Positions 27,438 through 36,205 of a DNA stretch of 42,918 nucleotides are shown in pieces. The DNA is taken from positions 1 to 42,918 of IMG/VR virus record IMGVR_UViG_3300048848_000239; one strand, given 5' to 3'. Each line of letters begins with the position of its first letter. The stretch's first letter is position 1. Source of the DNA: a virus. Taxonomy: Duplodnaviria; Caudoviricetes. Under the pieces are notes generated by a model. It made no database searches. It was given only the letters and a program-made list of their open reading frames with translations, and had not been told where the DNA came from. Made by a program: the position numbers and the translations under genes.

Positions 27438-29083
27438 CAATAAATTCCTCTCGATCGACGCATGCTGCCAAGGCGCACCGCCGACCTGTCGTCACTGCCA
27501 GAAGCGATGTCGAACTTCGACGCCGCGCGGCCGGCAGGGATGTAGGCATATTCGTGCCACTGCTGGCGGCTGGCGAAATGTGCGAGCGCCAAGGCGATGG
27601 CATAGTCGCCGTGCCTTCGCTTGTTTGCCTCGCCGGTCCGCACGGCCGGCACCATCGGAATGCCGCGGATCACTTTGACCAGGCGCAGGTCCGACAGATG
27701 ATCATCGTTCTTCGAAATGGCTATCGCATTGTCTTCGAAGGCCGCTTTCAGCGGCGGCATGTTGATCCGGTACCACTCCTGCGAAAACTTCACCGCATGG
27801 ACGAGCCCACCTTCATTGTCCTTGTCGCGCAGGCCGAAGATCCGGCCCATGTCCTCGGCAACCGTCCAGCCCATGCCGGTCGCGTCGAAGGCTGCGCCCA
27901 CCAATCGCGCGCGAACCTTCTGCAGAACCATCCGTGTGATCAGCTTCTGCTCATCGCCCGGCACGCCGCGAAGCTCGAACGTCAAGGCGCTCGCCCGCTT
28001 CAACATCTTGTCGATCGACATCAACTTGCCCACGGACAAGTCGGCCACGCGGGCAAAGTCGAAACCGAACGAGTAGCGAAGGTCGAGATCGAGCGTATCG
28101 AGCGCGGCCTCCAGCTCCGCCATGAATGGCGCCATCAGAATGGCGCGCTCAAGTTCGGATCGGTGCAGGAAGTCGCGCGGCAGATCAAGGGTGAGGACCG
28201 GTGCGCTTGATGTCATGCGCGCCTCGATCAAAGGCCCGGTCAACCAGGCGCCGCTGCCCATGGTCGGGATGCAGAACAGCTCCTCGTCGGCGCCTTCGCC
28301 ATAGAAGCCGATGATCTCCTCGCGCCAGTCGGCTTCGCGATCGGCGGTCCATTCCTTGCCCGTGACAAGGCAGATGCGCTGATAGAGGCCGTCCTGCAGC
28401 GCCTCGTCGAAATCGATGTGCAGGTGGTCGTAGGAGGACCGGCCAGACAGGATGTCCTGGATCTGCACGTTGAACTCGTTTTCGGTCCCGTTGTGGGTCG
28501 AGCAGACCACGACCTGGCCGCCCCACATGAGGAAGGCGAGAGCCGCCTTCAGCAGCTCTTTGAGGTTATCAACGAACGCGGCTTCGTCGATCATGACCAC
28601 GCCCTGCTTACCGCGCAGCGAGCGCGGCGCCGACGACAGGCCGATCACTTCGAAGCCTGAGGCGAACCGGATGCGGAATGCCTGGATAGACCGGACGCCC
28701 TCGTCGTCTTTGTCCTCGAAGAGGAACTCATCCATCTCCATCGCCGCGACCGAAAAGGCTTTCGCCCACATGGCGCAGGCGTCGATGAACTCGCGCGTCA
28801 TGTCCTGGCTGTACGAGATGTACATGACGTCCATGCCGCCGGCGGCTTTCGCGCGGCCGGCGCGCAGCACGGCATAGGAGGCAAAGCCCCATGTCAGGCC
28901 GATGCGCCGGCTCTTCTCGATGAAGAGCACATGGCACGTAGAGCTTTCGAGCTTGGTGAGCGTGCGCGACTGATAGGGCAGAAGTGCCTTCGGCAATCCG
29001 ACCTGCCCGATGACGTCCGGCATGAGCTCGGTGGAAGCGCGGCGGATCTCGGCCCACTCTTCCTTTGAGAACGGTGCGCTCAC
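27437..29083 (-). CDS. Terminase large subunit (Mu gp28)
   Basis: LLPYQ, EKSRRIGLTW, IDEAAF, STHNG, GFDFAR and HGDYAIA motifs. Confidence 0.94.
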   Translation of the reverse strand: MSAPFSKEEWAEIRRASTELMPDVIGQVGLPKALLPYQSRTLTKLESSTCHVLFIEKSRRIGLTWGFASYAVLRAGRAKAAGGMDVMYISYSQDMTREFIDACAMWAKAFSVAAMEMDEFLFEDKDDEGVRSIQAFRIRFASGFEVIGLSSAPRSLRGKQGVVMIDEAAFVDNLKELLKAALAFLMWGGQVVVCSTHNGTENEFNVQIQDILSGRSSYDHLHIDFDEALQDGLYQRICLVTGKEWTADREADWREEIIGFYGEGADEELFCIPTMGSGAWLTGPLIEARMTSSAPVLTLDLPRDFLHRSELERAILMAPFMAELEAALDTLDLDLRYSFGFDFARVADLSVGKLMSIDKMLKRASALTFELRGVPGDEQKLITRMVLQKVRARLVGAAFDATGMGWTVAEDMGRIFGLRDKDNEGGLVHAVKFSQEWYRINMPPLKAAFEDNAIAISKNDDHLSDLRLVKVIRGIPMVPAVRTGEANKRRHGDYAIALALAHFASRQQWHEYAYIPAGRAASKFDIASGSDDRSAVRLGSMRRSRGIY

Positions 29084-29658
29084 TTCTGCACCCCAAGGAT
29101 CTGGCCGAGGATCGCGTCTGTTGTCTCGGCCGTCATGCCCTTGGCGCGTGCAACGGTTTGGACAGCTTCAGTTGCGCGGGCCTTGAACTCCTCTTCGACC
29201 TTCTGGCGCCGAGCTGTCGACACACCCTGCGCCTGGCTGGCGGAGCGCAGTGCATTCGCGAGCGCCATGGCGCCCTTCGGATCGAGGCCAGCTTCCCCGG
29301 CATTGGTCAGCAATTCGAAGATCAGCGTCTTGATAGCCTCGGCCGCAATTAGCGTGAGATCGTCCGAGGATTTCGCATCCCACTTCTCGGCAATCGTCGC
29401 GGCGATCTCGCGCGTCTGATTGAGCCGGTTGGAAAGGGTCGCAAGCTTGATCGAATAGCGGTTGAACGCCGAGAACGACGGGATGACGAAATCAAGTTCG
29501 CCACGATGCTCTCGCTTCAGGGCTTCCAGATCGTCGAAGAACTCCTGGTAAATGTCGATCTGTGTGCGGTCGCGGTCCTGCAGGTCGGCCGCTGCCTTGG
29601 CAACGATCGCCGCGCACTCTTCCGGCAGCAGCTCGATACCGGAGAGCCGGCTACGCAT
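29080..29658 (-). CDS. Terminase small subunit (Mu gp27, DUF3486)
   Basis: SGIELLP, SFSAFNRY and GMTAET...ILG motifs; synteny. Confidence 0.85.
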   Translation of the reverse strand: MRSRLSGIELLPEECAAIVAKAAADLQDRDRTQIDIYQEFFDDLEALKREHRGELDFVIPSFSAFNRYSIKLATLSNRLNQTREIAATIAEKWDAKSSDDLTLIAAEAIKTLIFELLTNAGEAGLDPKGAMALANALRSASQAQGVSTARRQKVEEEFKARATEAVQTVARAKGMTAETTDAILGQILGVQK

Positions 29659-29989
29659 GCGAGCTACCTGCAGGCGGAATGACCGCCCGAGACGGGCGCT
29701 TCACGCCTTCGATGATCGTCTCACGCAGAAGATGGCGCCAGCCAAGATCGGTCAGCGTCCCGATCTTCACGGACCCGGCGTCAACGATGCTGATCGCGCC
29801 CATCATGCGAAGATATTCCATCTCGCCGTGGATCCACGACCGAGGCTGGCGAATGACGAACGTCTGCAGCACGAGCTCGATGGTGCTGCTGGAGAGGCTT
29901 TCGTTCACCTGTTCGGACAAAGCCCGCAGGATGATCAGGCGCGTGTCTTCACGCATGACCTTGTCGTAATCGATCGCAATCGGGATCAT
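29651..29989 (-). CDS. Mu gp26-like winged-helix protein
   Basis: EDTRLIILRAL...LTDLG...IEGVKRPS pattern. Confidence 0.8.
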   Translation of the reverse strand: MIPIAIDYDKVMREDTRLIILRALSEQVNESLSSSTIELVLQTFVIRQPRSWIHGEMEYLRMMGAISIVDAGSVKIGTLTDLGWRHLLRETIIEGVKRPSRAVIPPAGSSHA

Positions 29990-30381
29990 CAGCCCGCCTT
30001 CTTCATCTGGTCAACCAACACGTCGTTCAATCGCTCGCCGATGGCCTGGATCGGCTTGAGCCGTTCGTCCATGGACGAGAAGCGGCCTTCGAGTGTCGCA
30101 TCCTGTTTGTCGAGACGGCCGACGATCGTCAGCATGGTCATCTCGATCCGGTGCGTCGTCTCTTTGTCCGGCAGGTGCTTCATGTCGTTCTCGATCGACT
30201 GAATGCGCCGATCGTGATCGATCAGTTTCGCTTCGTGCTTGGCAGCACGCTCTTCGAGCTTCTTCTCTCCTGAGGACAAGATGCCTTTCAGGAGGATCGC
30301 GAAATTCACGATCGTCATGGCGGCAACGATCCAGGACATGAGCGGCGCCAGATCGAGAGCAACGGTATTTGCAGTGTTCAC
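29989..30381 (-). CDS. DUF2730 (Mu gp25-like) membrane-anchored coiled-coil protein
   Basis: N-terminal TM segment, HDRRIQSIENDMKHLP; GTG start overlapping the upstream TGA. Confidence 0.8.
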   Translation of the reverse strand: MNTANTVALDLAPLMSWIVAAMTIVNFAILLKGILSSGEKKLEERAAKHEAKLIDHDRRIQSIENDMKHLPDKETTHRIEMTMLTIVGRLDKQDATLEGRFSSMDERLKPIQAIGERLNDVLVDQMKKAG

Positions 30382-30599
30382 CGGTGATACTTCTCTGCTT
30401 CGACGAACGTCTGGCAATCGGTGCACCGGCGAGCGGATGGCAATGCGAGGCGTCGTTCTCTAGGGATCGGATGATCGCATGCGATGCAGAGATCCGTTCC
30501 GGTCTGCGAGAGCGCGATGCTTGCAGCTATAACGCTGGCATCGCGCTCCTGTTCAGCCCTCACCGAAGCGAGTTCAAATGCTGCTTCAGAGAGGGTCAC
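30378..30599 (-). CDS. TraR/DksA C4 zinc-finger protein
   Basis: CIACDHPIPRERRLALPSARRCTDCQ. Confidence 0.9.
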   Translation of the reverse strand: MTLSEAAFELASVRAEQERDASVIAASIALSQTGTDLCIACDHPIPRERRLALPSARRCTDCQTFVEAEKYHR

Positions 30600-31021
30600 G
30601 TCCGGGCAGTTCCATTCGGCAAAGCCGCACGAGCTGCGACATCTGCTGCATAGTCGGTGATCTCAGCATCGGACCCGGCGCCGGTCATCGGCATCGTGAC
30701 TTTCAGCGTTGGCTGCTTCGGCAGACTGAGGATATGGGGTTCGAGCAGCGTCCGGATATCATCCGGCGACGTCTTGCCGAACCGCTTCAGGGCGTCGGGA
30801 ACCGAACGTAGGACATAGTCGATGGCCTCCTCGATCGTGCCGCCGGGCTGAAGGAGAAGCCTCGCGCCGTTGGCAAGTGCCGACTGAAGCGCCTCGCGGT
30901 GCTTTCCCTCGACGCTGATACCAAACCAGCGGTGGGCAATCGCGGAGATCATGGCCAGAAGGCCGACGATCAGGAAGTTGAGCAACTGCGGAAGCAGCTG
31001 CAACATGAGCAGTTCTTTCAT
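30596..31021 (-). CDS. Putative holin
   Basis: One N-terminal TM helix, HREALQSALANG...DYV..SVPDAL; directly follows the endolysin. Confidence 0.65.
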   Translation of the reverse strand: MKELLMLQLLPQLLNFLIVGLLAMISAIAHRWFGISVEGKHREALQSALANGARLLLQPGGTIEEAIDYVLRSVPDALKRFGKTSPDDIRTLLEPHILSLPKQPTLKVTMPMTGAGSDAEITDYAADVAARAALPNGTART

Positions 31022-31878
31022 GCGGCGAGATCCTCGTTAGTGATGAAGGGCTGGAGCATCGCGGCCGTGTCCTTGCCGACGATCCCGTCGACAACGACGC
31101 CACGGGCGCGCTGGAAGGTTTTCACGGCTGCTTCCGTGCCTGGACCGAAGTCACCGTCGACCGTGAGGAGGTAATGGCCGGAAGCCGCAAGACCGCGCTG
31201 AAGCTGATCAACAGCCGGGCCTTTGGACCCGCGCCGCAAGATCTTCACCACATCTGCCGTGTTCTGGTTGGCGGCGATCAGCTTCACCTGCAGCTCGGTC
31301 ACAACGGACTTCGCCTTGCCGAGCTTCACGCGGCGATCGTCGAGGCCATTGCGGCCTCCGTTCACGACCTTGGTCACCGCGATCAGGTCATCGCGATCGG
31401 CGACGGCATTGAGCTTCTTAGTTGACCAGAAGAAGAACACGGCCCACGCCGCCCAGGGGAACTCGGCTACCAGTTCCGGCTTCGCCTCAAAATCCGGGCA
31501 ACCCGGCTGGATGTCGCGCATCCACTTGGTGAACCGGCGATAGTTGTCTCGGCCGGTGAGCTGCAGCGGGCAGCGACCCTTGAAGCGCTTGCCGTCCCCG
31601 GCCTGGACGTTGCCGAGATCCTTGCGACCCTCATAGTCCGCGCCCGAGGCATATTCCTGGAGCGTGCAGAACCCGTCGCACTCATGGGCGACCTGGGCGA
31701 GAAGATGCGCAATGCGGAGGGCCGAGGTTACCTCGAACTCAATCAGCATATGAGGAAGAACGGCCGCAAAGCCGGCGATGATTGCTTTCTGCTTCTGGCC
31801 TATCTGGCCCGTCGAGCGCGGCACGATGGCGTACAGCGACGTAGCGTCAACCGAGGAAGCAAGAGTGGCAAGAGGCAT
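31018..31878 (-). CDS. Endolysin: GH19 domain plus C-terminal peptidoglycan-binding domain
   Basis: AHLLAQVAHEC, YEGRKDLGN, FKGRCPLQLTGRDNY and VNGGRNGL; LRRGSKG...VDGDFGPGTEAAVKTFQ...VDGIVG. Confidence 0.93.
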   Translation of the reverse strand: MPLATLASSVDATSLYAIVPRSTGQIGQKQKAIIAGFAAVLPHMLIEFEVTSALRIAHLLAQVAHECDGFCTLQEYASGADYEGRKDLGNVQAGDGKRFKGRCPLQLTGRDNYRRFTKWMRDIQPGCPDFEAKPELVAEFPWAAWAVFFFWSTKKLNAVADRDDLIAVTKVVNGGRNGLDDRRVKLGKAKSVVTELQVKLIAANQNTADVVKILRRGSKGPAVDQLQRGLAASGHYLLTVDGDFGPGTEAAVKTFQRARGVVVDGIVGKDTAAMLQPFITNEDLAA

Positions 31879-31979
31879 GAAAAGACGTTCCTGTCGGGGT
31901 GCGGAATGGAGCACCGATGGAACTGTCTTGGATCATTGCGGAGAGTGGGTCATGGCTGCGAAATCGCAGCCCCACGGAA

Positions 31980-32378
31980 CTAAAGCAGCTTGAGCTGCGG
32001 GTCAGCCGGCGGTCGTCTGCGACGGTGCTCGGCGACGGTGTTCTGCGAGACGCCCAGCCTACGGACGATCGCGTTCGTTGAATAACCCTTCTCGATCAGA
32101 TCAGCAATGGCGGCGGCGCGGCGGCGCTTGTCACCTGCAATTGCCTGTGGGATCTCGATCTTCATAGAACCATAGGCGGCGGCAATCTTTTCGGCCGCTT
32201 CCAAGCCCACGACCTCGACAAGCCAATGATCGGCGGTCACCTGCTCGGGAATGTAGACGCGCTCCCCCGGCCGGGCACGTCCAAGCGCAATCGCCGCTTC
32301 CTCACCCGCAACGTTGGAGATGCGGTTGAGAAGCGGCGTGAGCCAAACACGATCCGTGGGATGCCCGCTAGACGTCAT
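31980..32378 (-). CDS. Mor/C-like transcription activator (HTH)
   Basis: VAGEEAAIAL...GERVYIP, VGLEAAEKI...GSMKIEIP, C-terminal HTH; lies between gemA and lysis genes. Confidence 0.78.
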   Translation of the reverse strand: MTSSGHPTDRVWLTPLLNRISNVAGEEAAIALGRARPGERVYIPEQVTADHWLVEVVGLEAAEKIAAAYGSMKIEIPQAIAGDKRRRAAAIADLIEKGYSTNAIVRRLGVSQNTVAEHRRRRPPADPQLKLL

Positions 32379-33019
32379 TGCACCTTGTTTTCTCGGATGC
32401 GCCGGCCGAAGGCGTTCATGACTGTGATCCATTCATCGGATGTCAGAGACCGTCCCGATACCTGCTGGCCGAGGATGCCTTTCACGGCATCCCAGAAGGC
32501 GCGCGGGATCTTCGCTTCCACAGCGCCGACGAGGATTACCCACTGCGCTTGGGCGATGCGGTATCCATCCGCACGCTGCCATGGCTGCAGGCGCGAATTG
32601 ACGCTCCAGTCCACACTGGCCTCGCGGGTCAGCCACTTTTTAAGAGCCTCGATCACCTTGTTTGCGTCCTCCGTATCCTGAAGCCAGCGCACATGGTCGA
32701 TACCGGTCTGCGACTTGACGAAGGTGACCAGTGCCGCGTCGTCGCGATCGCGGACAATGCCCAGGTTGAAGCCAGCGATCCAGAGAGCCTGAAGCTTTCC
32801 GGCGTACCGGCCGGAAAGCTTCTGCCGGCCGTTCTGGCGGCGCTCGATCGGCTTGAACCCGATCCTTCGGAACTCTGTGATGACGGCCTGGCGCTCATCC
32901 TCAGACATGTCCTTCGCCGAAGATTTCCCCGTGATGAGGTGAAGCTTGGCGCGGTAGACATCGTCGTCCAGCCCGAGCTGCTTCTGCGCAATCTTGATTG
33001 CTGCGAGCGAGGAGCCCAT
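32375..33019 (-). CDS. gemA: GemA / Mu gp16 (DUF1018) protein
   Basis: IKIAQKQLGLDDDVYR...TGKSSAKDM, KLQALW and VIEALKKW motifs. Confidence 0.88.
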   Translation of the reverse strand: MGSSLAAIKIAQKQLGLDDDVYRAKLHLITGKSSAKDMSEDERQAVITEFRRIGFKPIERRQNGRQKLSGRYAGKLQALWIAGFNLGIVRDRDDAALVTFVKSQTGIDHVRWLQDTEDANKVIEALKKWLTREASVDWSVNSRLQPWQRADGYRIAQAQWVILVGAVEAKIPRAFWDAVKGILGQQVSGRSLTSDEWITVMNAFGRRIRENKVQ

Positions 33020-33022
33020 CGG

Positions 33023-33547
33023 TCAGACCTCGCCCCGTTCGAATGCATCGGCCATGCCGCGAAGACGAATAGCGACAAGTTTTCGAGCCTGCTGCTCGAT
33101 GTCGCCCTGCAGCTCGGCAAGTGCTTCAACCATCATCCGATCCCGCAGCGTGGCGACAGGATCCGGACTTGCAGGTTCCGTAGGCGCTTCAGTCACCAGC
33201 GTTTTCTCGGCAGGCACCGCAACTGAGAGAACCTCTTCGGAAAGTACAGTCGTGACCGGCGTCTCTTGGACTGCAAGCTGCCCCTGTTTGACGAACGTAT
33301 CTCCACCACGCTCCGGGCGATCAATGGAGCCTGCCTCGATCGCTGCGATCAGGCGGTTTATGTCCTTCTCGCTCGGCCGAGGATAGCCGAGAGAAAGCAT
33401 ATCCTTGTTGAAGCTCGTGGTGACGAACTTGGTTCCCATCCGGTTGACAGAGATACGATCCCATACCGTCTGAACCGACGAGAACGCAGGGCTTTCAAGT
33501 TCGTCAAAATAGGCGATGCCGGTCGGCTTGTTGAAAATCGTGCTCAT
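33023..33547 (-). CDS. Hypothetical early protein
   Basis: ATG 33547 in a TGATG overlap; 174 aa. Confidence 0.65.
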   Translation of the reverse strand: MSTIFNKPTGIAYFDELESPAFSSVQTVWDRISVNRMGTKFVTTSFNKDMLSLGYPRPSEKDINRLIAAIEAGSIDRPERGGDTFVKQGQLAVQETPVTTVLSEEVLSVAVPAEKTLVTEAPTEPASPDPVATLRDRMMVEALAELQGDIEQQARKLVAIRLRGMADAFERGEV

Positions 33548-33843
33548 CAGAGTTGTCCTTTGGTCTGAAGGGGCGGAGTCCCAGCAGAGGTCCGGGCAAA
33601 CGCAGTACTGGCCTCGTGGATCTCGGCGTCGAGGATCATTGCAGCCGTCACTGACGGCTTCGGGCATGGAAGCAACGCCTCAATCGGGGCGTTGGGATTG
33701 GCCATGAAGATGGCGGAGCAGTCGAAGAACATTTTCCGGTTTTTGTGACCGCCGCATTTCTGAACCAGAGGTGCCCCACAAACGGGGCAACTCTTGAGTT
33801 CATCGAGCTTGGCGATGCGCTGGGCGAGGACGACCTGTTTCAT
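33547..33843 (-). CDS. Hypothetical Cys-rich (zinc-binding) protein
   Basis: CPVCGA...C...C...CP; coupled to both neighbours. Confidence 0.65.
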   Translation of the reverse strand: MKQVVLAQRIAKLDELKSCPVCGAPLVQKCGGHKNRKMFFDCSAIFMANPNAPIEALLPCPKPSVTAAMILDAEIHEASTAFARTSAGTPPLQTKGQL

Positions 33844-34109
33844 GTATCGACCTCAACATCGGCGCCTTCGATCCCCTCAGCGGACTTGAAGAAGACCGGA
33901 GTGAAGATACGGGCGAAGACATGCTCGACGGTCCATCCAAGTGCTTGATGCTCTGCCCACCTGGCATCGCTCGCAGGATCGCTGGATGGAAACGATGCTT
34001 CGATCGCTTCAGCTGCGGTCGCTCGATAGGTATACCCAAGTAGGGTGCCCGCCGCGTTGCAGAGAGCATACCCTTGCGAGTACGAGTTTAGCTGACGGGG
34101 CTCAGTCAT
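33840..34109 (-). CDS. Hypothetical early protein
   Basis: ATG 34109 (MTEPRQ); ATGA overlap with the downstream gene. Confidence 0.6.
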   Translation of the reverse strand: MTEPRQLNSYSQGYALCNAAGTLLGYTYRATAAEAIEASFPSSDPASDARWAEHQALGWTVEHVFARIFTPVFFKSAEGIEGADVEVDT

Positions 34110-34195
34110 CGACGTGCTCCGGTCTGTAGGCTTGCTGACTTCTGAAAACTCCGGTTTTGTACAACGAACTCGAAAGTCCGGAGACTGCACCGAAA

Positions 34196-34906
34196 ATGCC
34201 AACCGAATTCAAAGGCGCTATATTTGCATGCTTGGCGGTTACTGCTTTCATGGTCATGATCCCGCCGGCTATGCTGGGTGGCCGGGAGGACACCCTCGGA
34301 CATTTCCTTTACGACTATCAAACACTGATCACTGGGTTCGCGGCTGTCGGAGCTGCATTTGTTACCGTCTGGAAAATGACGGAAACCGAAATTGCTCAGG
34401 GGAGGCGTCACCAACAGTCGATTGATTTGGCACAGCGTGCTGATCGCATCGCTCTTGAAAGAGCTATCAATCCTCAACTTAAGGATTTGGCTTCCGTTCA
34501 CGCCAGTCTTCAGGCTCTGGACTTGTCCAAAGACCGCTTCAACGATGACAGGGGGGATCCAGAGTGGCGACTGGTTTCCTCCATTTGCGGACCTTACTTG
34601 AGGGCTTTGCGCAGCTTTAAAGAAATTTGTTCCCGGCAGGCCTTTATCGATGGCCGGAAGCTGTTTGACGGGGAACTTACCATGCTGCTTGAAGTCGCTG
34701 AAAGCCTCAGCGGATACATTACGGCGAGCCTGGCCCAACATGATGAAATTATTGATCCACAGAACCCCAATGATAACTTCGAATATCAGCACGAGTTCGA
34801 GGATTTCGGCCCGGGCCTCATTGAAGAGGTGAAGATGCTGCCGCCACTGATCGCAAAGATCGTGACCAAGCTCCAGCAGACTGAGAATAGATACTTTAAA
34901 GATTGA
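34196..34906 (+). CDS. Inverted moron: two-TM membrane protein, function unknown
   Basis: Opposite strand to the early operon, visibly lower GC; TMs AIFACLAVTAFMVMIPPAML and TLITGFAAVGAAFVTVW followed by a helical soluble domain; GGAG upstream. Confidence 0.75.
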   Translation: MPTEFKGAIFACLAVTAFMVMIPPAMLGGREDTLGHFLYDYQTLITGFAAVGAAFVTVWKMTETEIAQGRRHQQSIDLAQRADRIALERAINPQLKDLASVHASLQALDLSKDRFNDDRGDPEWRLVSSICGPYLRALRSFKEICSRQAFIDGRKLFDGELTMLLEVAESLSGYITASLAQHDEIIDPQNPNDNFEYQHEFEDFGPGLIEEVKMLPPLIAKIVTKLQQTENRYFKD

Positions 34907-34918
34907 AAACATCGTACT

Positions 34919-35575
34919 CTATGCCCGCGCCATATCGATGGTGACCGGCTGCCAAGCATCGGTGTTCTTGGCGCGACGGTAGAACCGGATGTATTCCTTT
35001 GATCCCGTTACACGCATGGCATCACGGATCGCGTCCATGGCCCGCGTCCAGCGGGGATCCTCGATTTCGTGACGGAGGAGCATGAAGATCTCCGAGCGAT
35101 TGATCTTGCCCTCGCTGTCAGTGTTGAAGGCCCGTGTGACGATTGACTGGATCTCCGGCCGGCTGTCGGCCGACCATTCGTTCAAGCATTCGTCGATCAG
35201 GCTTTTCGCGACATGCAGCTCGGACCCGAAGTCGATCAGCTCCTGCACTTGGATCTGAACCTTCATCAGCCCGTCAAAGGTCTGATACGTCCGGTTCCCC
35301 TTGGCGCCGCCGATCTTCGCACCGTAGTTCTGTGCAATCAGGGCGTCGAAGTCTCCGAGGTCCGTCATCGTGTGTCCGCGGAACCGAGTGATCTGCTCAT
35401 TGAGCGAGACCGCAAAATCCATGATTTTGCGCACGGTCTCGTCTTCGAGCTTGTGCTGTGCCTTGACCATTGACAGCGGAACGTAAGAGCCCTTCGCATC
35501 GATCATGAAGTCGCGGCCGTTGATGGCGATTACGCCGTCCGTCCGTTCTTCCAGAATTACTGCGTCCATTTTCAT
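34919..35575 (-). CDS. DUF3164 family protein
   Basis: DAKGSYVP, GGAKGN.T..TFDG, AKSLIDECL.EW and GSKEYIRFY motifs. Confidence 0.88.
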   Translation of the reverse strand: MKMDAVILEERTDGVIAINGRDFMIDAKGSYVPLSMVKAQHKLEDETVRKIMDFAVSLNEQITRFRGHTMTDLGDFDALIAQNYGAKIGGAKGNRTYQTFDGLMKVQIQVQELIDFGSELHVAKSLIDECLNEWSADSRPEIQSIVTRAFNTDSEGKINRSEIFMLLRHEIEDPRWTRAMDAIRDAMRVTGSKEYIRFYRRAKNTDAWQPVTIDMARA

Positions 35576-35651
35576 CTTCCTTTTTTGAACGCGTCATCGG
35601 CGTTCTTGAGGTCTTTGGTGGCGTCGGCGAGATGATCTCGCGCTGCCTTTT

Positions 35652-35924
35652 TTACCGGCCGTGATGCGCTGGACGACGGCCCGGAAACGGAACGACATTG
35701 TTACCTTCGGGTGCAGGGCCGACGTTGTGGCGAACGATCGCAAGCTGCCGTCCAAGGGCGCGGTTCTCCTCCTCGGTTTCTTTAGCGAGCGACACGACGG
35801 TGTTCATCCGGCGGATCAAGGCGCCGATCTCCTCGCTCGTGAAAAACTTTCCGCCATGGACATAATCCTTCAAGCGATCGCGGATGACGGCTGCATGATC
35901 AGATGCAAGAGCGCTGGTAGTCAT
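35652..35924 (-). CDS. Hypothetical early protein
   Basis: GGAGG RBS, ATGA overlap; coiled coil followed by NNVVPFP. Confidence 0.65.
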   Translation of the reverse strand: MTTSALASDHAAVIRDRLKDYVHGGKFFTSEEIGALIRRMNTVVSLAKETEEENRALGRQLAIVRHNVGPAPEGNNVVPFPGRRPAHHGR

Positions 35925-36205
35925 GACTTCCTCCCGAAATCTGGACGGATGACCGTGCCCTCGGAGGGCAGCATGTTGGCCAAGGTGTCCGTGGCGGTCT
36001 GTTCGATGCGGGTGCGTAGTTCGCGTCCGGCTTCGGTCTGGCGAAGGATGGAAAGCTCATGCTCCATGTTGATCGCCATCTTCTGGAGCACGCGGAGCTG
36101 CTCATCAAAGGCGGCAGCGAAGATGCTGTCGACCAAGGCGTCGTTTGCGTCTTTGCGCAGACGGTCGAGGCCCTCGCTGAGGGACTTGTCGAGCGCCTTC
36201 CTCAT
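35921..36205 (-). CDS. Hypothetical early protein
   Basis: ATG 36205 overlaps the MuB stop (ATGA); GGAG RBS; MEHELSILRQ...VIRPDF. Confidence 0.65.
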   Translation of the reverse strand: MRKALDKSLSEGLDRLRKDANDALVDSIFAAAFDEQLRVLQKMAINMEHELSILRQTEAGRELRTRIEQTATDTLANMLPSEGTVIRPDFGRKS

